16,204 nucleotides of DNA from Breznakia sp. PF5-3 (lineage in GTDB: Bacteria; Bacillota_I; Bacilli_A; Erysipelotrichales; Erysipelotrichaceae), in assembly GCF_029504745.1 (NCBI RefSeq), contig NZ_JAQFIQ010000051.1, positions 1 through 16,204 on the forward strand, written 5' to 3'. Numbering within the stretch: position 1 is the first letter of the stretch; each line of letters opens with the position of its first letter. The notes under the pieces are model-generated. The model made no database searches, was not told the origin of the DNA, and saw only the letters and a program-made list of their open reading frames with translations. A program made the translations under genes and the position numbers. Below, piece by piece: positions 1-7,500 of the stretch.

Positions 1-322
1 TGATGGAAGCGGTAGATGCAGCAAAAATATTATTAGAAAATGAAGATGTAACCCAAGCAGAAGTAGATAGTGCAGCAAGCAATATATCATCAGCACTAGA
101 TAATTTAGTAGTTAGAGCAGATGTTGAAGAGCTAAATCAATTGATTGCCCAAGCAGAAGCAATAGATGCATCAATGTATACAAGATCAAGCTATGAAGCA
201 TTGATGGAAGCGGTAGATGCAGCAAAAATATTATTAGAAAATGAAGATGTAACCCAAGCAGAAGTAGATAGTGCAGCAAGCAATATATCATCAGCATTAG
301 ACAATTTAGTAGCTAGAGCGGA
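1..322 (+). repeat. In-frame tandem direct repeat, period 201 bp (67 aa)
   Basis: Bases 1-95 are identical to 202-296. The next ~25 nt differ at 4 positions (96, 101, 112, 119 versus 297, 302, 313, 320), then the copies diverge. Copy 1 is cut by the window edge, so the array may extend upstream. Confidence 0.9.
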
Positions 323-1157
323 TATAAATGAAATTAATCAATTGATTGCTTTAAGTGAAGAGTGTAAGCAAATGGAAGAAAACTTTGATTCAGAAGTATT
401 TGCTGATATGAAAGATTTATTAAATGATAGTGATTTATTATTAACTAAAGAGTATGATGAGCTATCAGATTATGAAGTAAAAGATATGCTTACTAAATTA
501 ATTGCTGAGAAAGATAAATTAGCAATTGTAGATGCTCTTAATATATTAAAGAGTACAGTTCAAAGTGCAAAAGAAATATTAAAAGGTGATGTTAGTTCTA
601 TAAAACCATCTAAAGTTAAAAATTTGGAAAATATAGTGGAGGAAATTGATTTGTTCATAGAAAATGGAGAGTATACAATTGAAGAAATTCATGAACAAAC
701 TACAAGATTAACAGAAGCTATTGAAGGTCTTGAAAAGATTGAAGACAAAGAAGTATTAATTGAATTTATTTCATATATAAGTGATTTAGATGAAAGTAAA
801 TATTCAAAGAGTACATGGAATAGTTTTACAGAAGCACTAGAATATGCAAATACGGTTTCAAATAATCCTGATGCATCAGCAGAAGAGGTTAGTAATGCAT
901 ATAAGAATCTAGTATCTGCAGTATCAAACCTAAGAAAAGCAATTGATAAGAGTGGATTGAAGCTTGAAATCAATATGGCAAAAAATATTTTGAATAATAA
1001 ATCGGGATATGTTGCCTCTACGATAAAAGGTCTTGATAAACTTGTTGAAAAAGCAGAAAATGTGTACAATACAGAGGGTGTTACACAAGATGAGGTTACT
1101 TCGATAACGAAAGAACTGACAAAAGCAGTTTTAAAGGCAAGAAAGAAACCAAATTAA
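3..1157 (+). CDS. C-terminal part of a FIVAR-like helical-repeat secreted or surface protein (5' end lies outside the window); no C-terminal anchor
   Basis: The ORF is open from the window edge. It has about six modules of about 67 aa with the FIVAR-like pattern (Y/W-T..S(W/Y)..(L/F)..A(L/V)..A..(L/V)...A(T/S)Q.EVD.A...L..A...L). It is collinear with the stalk of the downstream GH31 protein. It ends ...LKARKKPN and is followed by a terminator. Confidence 0.75.
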   Translation: MEAVDAAKILLENEDVTQAEVDSAASNISSALDNLVVRADVEELNQLIAQAEAIDASMYTRSSYEALMEAVDAAKILLENEDVTQAEVDSAASNISSALDNLVARADINEINQLIALSEECKQMEENFDSEVFADMKDLLNDSDLLLTKEYDELSDYEVKDMLTKLIAEKDKLAIVDALNILKSTVQSAKEILKGDVSSIKPSKVKNLENIVEEIDLFIENGEYTIEEIHEQTTRLTEAIEGLEKIEDKEVLIEFISYISDLDESKYSKSTWNSFTEALEYANTVSNNPDASAEEVSNAYKNLVSAVSNLRKAIDKSGLKLEINMAKNILNNKSGYVASTIKGLDKLVEKAENVYNTEGVTQDEVTSITKELTKAVLKARKKPN

Positions 1158-1164
1158 AATAAAG

Positions 1165-1196
1165 CAGATTAGAGCTTTTCTCTAATCTGTTTTTCT
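1165..1196 (+). terminator. Rho-independent terminator of the upstream repeat-protein gene
   Basis: Perfect 10-bp stem CAGATTAGAG (1165-1174) / CTCTAATCTG (1180-1189), 5-nt loop, then a T-rich tail (TTTTTTC). Confidence 0.8.
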
Positions 1197-1299
1197 TTAT
1201 TACTAAAAAGTGCAAATCAAAAAAACAGAAAGATAAACGAGTAATAAAAAGTACAAATATAATAAGTAAAAAGATAAATAAATTTCTTTTTCATAATAC

Positions 1300-1332
1300 T
1301 ATAATGAAAGTAGATTCAGGGAAGCGCTTACA
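1300..1332 (+). promoter_or_regulatory. Candidate -10 box (TATAAT 1300-1305) followed by a cre-like operator GGGAAGCGCTTACA (1319-1332)
   Basis: The -10 is a perfect hexamer, but the -35 at 17-nt spacing is poor (AATAAA). The operator matches 12 of 14 positions of the CcpA cre consensus TGWAANCGNTNWCA, including the central CG. Confidence 0.4.
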
Positions 1333-1436
1333 GCCAAAGAAAGAGGTGAAGCTATTAAAAAAATGGGGGAATGAAGTCTTGAAGTAAATGAATATTTGAA
1401 TTATTTATGAGGAAGGAAGTACAAAAGGACGGAAAA

Positions 1437-1529
1437 ATGAAAAAAGCTTTAAAAAGATTGAAATTATTATCTTTAGCAGCTGCAATGACTCTTCCAATCT
1501 TAGCGACAGCACAAACGCCAGTATATGCA
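1437..1529 (+). other. Sec signal peptide (MKKALKRLKLLSLAAAMTLPILATAQTPVYA / DE)
   Basis: Basic n-region, hydrophobic h-region, and a small-residue cleavage site VYA-DE. Confidence 0.75.
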
Positions 1530-4500
1530 GATGAGATCGGTGTTCAAAGTGTTGATGCGGATGGATATAATGTTTTAGGAAGTGTTTTATCAGCTAGTAA
1601 AGATGGTAACAAAGTTGAATTGACGATATCAACAGGAGAGAAAATTCGATTTACTTTCTTAGAAAGTAGTGTATTTAGAATGTACATGGCACCTCAAGGA
1701 GAGGCTTTTAAAGAATATCCTGATGCTAATAGTGCAGAACATACAGCAACAATTACTGCGAAGACAGATGCACAGTATACAGCTGAGTATAATGTAAATC
1801 CTACATTGGTAGAAGAAGATTCAAAAATTATTATTTCAACGGATAAAATGATTATTGAAATTGATAAAGATACTTCAATGATGACGTTGATGAAAAGTGA
1901 TAGGACAATTATATGGGAAGAATCTGCACCATTGAAATATAAATCAGGAAGTACAGTACAAACATTAAAAACAAATAAAAATGAGTACTTCTATGGTGGA
2001 GGAACACAAAATGGACGTTTCTCACACAAAGGAAAAGCAATTGAAATTGTAAATACAAACAACTGGGTTGACAAAGGTGTTGCTAGTCCAAATCCATTTT
2101 ATTGGTCAACAAATGGATATGGGGTAGTACGTAATACTTGGAAAGCAGGAAATTATGATTTTGATTCAAAAGCGGAAGGTGTTGTGAAAACAACGCACCG
2201 TGAAAAGCGTTTTGATGCATATTATTTTGTTGATGATGCACCAGTTGATATCTTAGGGGATTACTATGAATTAACTGGAAATCCAGCAGAATTGCCTGAA
2301 TATGCTTCGTACTTGGGACATTTGAATTGCTATAATCGTGACTATTGGACAGAGGTTTCAGAAGGAACAAGTGGAGCAATTAAATTAGGTAGTAAATGGT
2401 ATAAAGAATCACAAACAGATAATGGAGGAACAAAAGAAACATTATTAGGTGATAATGATATGACTGCACAACAAATCATTGAAGATCACAAGGATAATGA
2501 TATGCCTCTTGGTTGGTTCTTACCAAATGATGGATATGGTTGTGGATATGGACAAACTACTTCACAAGCAGGAGATATCGAAAATTTGAAGAATTTTGCA
2601 GATTATGCAAAAGCAAATGGAGTTGAAACAGGATTGTGGACACAATCTAACTTGTGGCCTGCAGATCCTTCAAATCCTCAAAAAGGTGAAAGAGATATTT
2701 ATAAAGAAGTAGAAGCAGGTGTTCATTCAGTAAAAACCGATGTTGCATGGGTTGGATCTGGATATTCAATGGCATTAAATGGAATTAGTGTTGCTTATGA
2801 TGCAATTGCTTCTAAATCAGGATTAAAACCAAATATTGTTACGTTAGATGGATGGGCTGGAACACAACGTTATGGTGGAATCTGGTCAGGTGACCAATCT
2901 GGTGGACAATGGGAATACATTCGTTTCCATATTCCAACATATATTGGAACATCTTTATCAGGACAACCAAACATCGGTAGTGATATGGATGGTATTTTCG
3001 GTGGAAAGAACAAGGTTGTACATACACGTGATTTCCAATGGAAAGCATTTACTACATATATGTTAGATATGGATGGTTGGGGTTCTAACCAAAAATCTCC
3101 TTGGGCATTAGGAGAAGATGGTACATCAATTAACCGTGCGTATTTGAAACTTAAAGCACAATTAATGCCATACGTAAACACAACTTCACATGAAGCTACT
3201 GCACGTGGTGGATTGCCAATGATTCGTGCTATGTTCTTAGAAGAAGCAAATGCTTATACATTAGGAACAGCTACAGAATATCAATACATGTGGGGAGATA
3301 ACTTCTTAGTTGCGCCAATCTATCAAAATACAAATGCTGATAGTACAGGAAACGATATTAGAAATGATATTTATCTTCCTGGTACAAGTGATGTATGGAT
3401 TGATTACTTTACAGGTGAACACTATCGTGGTGGTCAAGTATTAAATAGTTTTAATGCTCCACTTTGGAAATTGCCAGTATTCGTTAAAAATGGATCAATT
3501 ATTCCGATGTATCCAGAAAATAACAATCCAGATGCAGTTACTGAAACAAATAAAGATGGATTAGATCGTTCACAAAGAATTGTTGAATTCTATCCTCATG
3601 GAGATACAGAATTTGAACTTTATGAAGATGATGGACTTACGTTAGGTGGTGCTTCAGCTACAACGGTGATTACATCAAAAGTTGATGGTGAAAAAGCTAC
3701 ATTAACTGCTGATAAAGCGATTGGTAGTTACACTGGAATGGTAAAAGAAAGATCAAATGAATTTATCGTTAATGTTTCACAAAAACCTACAAATGTTACA
3801 GGAAAAGTAGCAGGTGAAAGTGTTAACTTTACAGAAGTTACGACACAAAAGGAATATGATGAAGCGACAGGAAATGTATATTTCTATAACGAAAATCCAG
3901 ATATTTTTGTAAAACAATTTGCTACAGAAGGAACTACGTATGCAAATACTACAGAAACTACAAGACCAAAACTTTATGTGAAATCAGCTGAAAAAGTAGA
4001 TGTTACAGCACATAAATTTGAAGTTGTAGTAGATGGATTCAAAAATGAACAAGATTTAGGAAAAGATGAATTAAATGAAGCATTAGCAGTACCTACAGGA
4101 CTTGTTGAAGTTTCGAAAACAGATGCTGAAATCAACATTGCATGGGATGCAGTTACAGAAGCTGCAACTTATGATGTAGAGGTTGATGGACAATTATATA
4201 GAAATGTTGCAAACCCAGCATATACTCATACAGGACTTAAATATTTAACGGATCATACATATCGTGTGCGTTCTGTTAATCATGATGGATTCTCTAACTG
4301 GAGTGAATTAATTACAATTCAAACAGCGGATAATCCATATCGAAATGTTCCTGAAAATATTAAAGCAAAATGGGATTATGGTTACTATAGCTCTGATAAA
4401 ATTGAAAAAGCATTTGACCATGATAGAAACACAATGTTCCATTCAGCTTCGGCAGTAACACCAGATAAAATGGTTGAAATAGACTTAGGAGCAGCATATC

Positions 4501-7500
4501 AATTGGATAAATTGGATTATGTTCCAAGAGAGAATAAAAGTAATGGTGCGGTATATCGTATGGATGTTTATGCAAGTTTAGATGGTGTAAACTATACTAA
4601 GGTATGGGATGGTAATGCAAACCCAGCATGGTCATACGATCGCAATGATCTTGAAGGATGGCAAACCAAAACAGTTCCATTGACAGGCTTAAAAGCTCGT
4701 TATTTGAAATTGAGTTGTTTATCTTCATATGGTGGCTTCTTCTCAGCAGCAGAAATCACACCTTATAAGGTTGAAGGAACAGATGCATGGGTTGTAGGAG
4801 ATGTTACAAACAACAATGTAGTTGATGAAAATGATTTAACATTCTATGAAAACTATGTAGGATTAAAACCAGTTGATGCAGATTGGAACTATTCTACATT
4901 AGGTAACATAGATAATAATGATATTATTGATGCATATGATATTTCATTTGTAGCTAGAATGTTAGGAGATCCTATCGCAACGGCTGCAAAAGGAGTAGAG
5001 GGAAAAGTTCAGATTATTCCATCAAAGACAAATATTGAAGCAGGTGACTTAGTAACACTGGACTTCTATGGAATAGGTCTTAAAAATGTAAATGCATTTA
5101 GTATGGAAATGCCAGTTGATATGAACCAATTCGAAGTAGTGAATTTTGGATCTCCATCAACGAAAACGGTATTTATGAGAAACTTCTCGAAAACAAGATT
5201 CCACAGTGATGGAACAACTGATAACTATGTATGTTTCACAAATGTTGGTAATCAAGAGTTGATTAGTGGTACAGGAAGTATTGCGAAAGTTACAATTCGT
5301 GCAACAAGAGACTTTACATGGGATACAAAAGCAACTAGAGCATTGTTAGTTGGACAAGATTTAAGTACAGCTGATGCCCTAATTGATAGCACACAAATAC
5401 CAGAAGCTCCAAAAACAGAATATATTTTACAACAAAAAGACATTAGTGCAATTAGTTTTGACAATGCTGTAAAACAAAATATGGATGGAAGCGAATTGTG
5501 GCAACAAGACGGATGGAAGACTTTATTATTTGATGGTGATAGAAATGGCGATTTAGCAGAATTCAAATGGTATTTTGAAGCTAATGATGTTGCAGCAGAA
5601 GTAATGTTACCTACGGATATGAATTTCACATTTAATAAATCTGAACCATTGAAGTCAGTAAAAGTATATAACCGTTCAAGTTCAAATGGACGTGTTACAA
5701 GTATAAAAGCTGTCGGATATGATGGTGAAACAAAATATGATTTAGGTACAATTAACACAGCACAAAATATTTATGAATTTAAGATACCTGCAGCTGCATC
5801 AAAAATTGATAAAGTTGTAATTATACCATTAACAAGTGTTGGTACTGCTAAGGGTACAAAAACTGGTACAGAAGAAAATAGAATGTTATCATTGCATGAA
5901 ATAGAATTTATTACGGATTCAAAAGTTGATGCAACAGGAATTAAGTTTGATACGACAAGTGATTCAAAAGTGTTTGTAGGTGGTATGGGTGAAGTATCAG
6001 CTACGGTTTCTCCAAGCAACGTTTCAAACCCATTCTATAACATTACAAGTAGTGATGAAGCAATTGCGAAAGTGGTTAAGATTCCAATGAATGACAAATA
6101 TGCATTTGTCGTGCAAGGTGTCTCTGCTGGAACAGTTACATTAACTGCTACATCTGAAGATGGAAATCTTACAGATACATTCGATGTTACAGTAGTTGAT
6201 GGAATTGATACAGCTGTATTAGATGAAGAAATTGCAAAAGCAGAAGCATTGTATGAAAACTTGTATACTGCAAAAACATGGGCAGACATGAGTGCAGTAT
6301 TAGAAGATGCAAAATTATTGTCAGCAGAACCAACATCTCAAACAGATGTAGATGCAATGACAACAAAATTAATTACGATAGTAAAAGAACTTAAGTTTAA
6401 AGGTTCTAATACAGAACAAGAATCTAGTTTGAACTTGATTGATCGTAGCGATATGACATTGTTCCATGAAACAAGTTACTCTGCAGCAGAACTAGAACAT
6501 GGAGATCGCGTATTAGATGGTGATATCAATACAATTTGGCATTCTAATTATGGCAGTAGCTATAAATTACCACAATGGATTGTAATTGATCTAGGTAAAG
6601 AATATGACTTAGAACAAATTGATATGTTAGCACGTCAAAGCAGTAGAAATGGACATATTACACATTACCGTATTGAAGTAAGTACAACTTCATTAGAAGG
6701 TATTAGTGATCCAACGATTAATGATTTGGAATTTGTTCCAGTAGTAGAAGGATATTTGGATAATGATGGATCTTCATTAGAAGCACCATCAGTAGCAAAA
6801 GAAATTAAATTTGATACTACAAAAGCTAGATATGTTAAATTCATGGCAATTGAATCATTAGGTGATAGAGCGAATGCATATGCTTCTATCGCAGAATTGA
6901 ACTTCTATGGATTAGAAACAAGTAGTTTTGAAGATTTACAAGCTGCTATTGAAGCAGTAGAAGCATTGTTTGATAAAGAAGATAACTACACTACATCTTC
7001 ATGGAATGAATTGATGGATGCATATGATGCAGCATCAGCAGTAGAAGATACTGCAACACCAAGTGAAATCAATGATGCATTATTAGCGTTAGAAGTTGCA
7101 CAAGCAAAACTAACAACAAGAGCTTCTGATTTCGTATTGGATAAATTGGTTGAATTAGTAAGTGAGTGTGAAGCACTAGAAGACTTATATACAGAAGCTG
7201 AATTTGCTGATATGAAAGCATTGCTTGATGAAGTAAATGAATTATTGGAAAACGATCCAAAAGATATTCCATCAGCAGATGCAATAAAAGCAACAATTGA
7301 CTTATTAGCAGCAAAAGAAACATTGCAAGCAGGAGCAGATGTAAATACGGTAATGGAAAGTCTAAAATTGCATATTGAAATAGCAAATGAAATGTTAGCT
7401 GAAGACTTAAGTGGCGTTCGTCCAGGTAGAGTAAAAGCTCTTCAAGATGCAGTAGATGAAGCACAAGCATTGGTTGATGCTTCAAGTACAGATGTTGCAG

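Noticed and set aside
1-322. The 201-bp repeat, considered as a diversity-generating retroelement template/variable repeat pair
   Set aside because: The four differences are transitions of mixed type (C/T, T/C, T/C, A/G) rather than adenine-specific substitutions. No RT gene or IMH-like element is adjacent, and both copies are in-frame modules of one protein.
1363-1374. Mini-ORF ATG GGG GAA TGA, preceded by AGAGGTG, in the GH31 leader
   Set aside because: It has only three codons. The SD-like element is about 15 nt away, which is too far. It is most likely chance.
1407-1436. Track start codons ATG 1407 (GH31), ATG 11880 (hydC) and GTG 12426 (hydB)
   Set aside because: Downstream in-frame ATGs at 1437, 11925 and 12435 have properly spaced SD sequences. 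The 1437 start also gives a canonical signal peptide. The longer starts lack an SD or sit on promoter elements. The exact starts remain unverified.
2848-3066. Plus-strand out-of-frame ORFs inside GH31 (2848-3066) and inside hydB (13495-13785)
   Set aside because: They overlap conserved catalytic motifs read in another frame (WSGDQSG, and the NuoF core). They have no SD and no plausible protein features.
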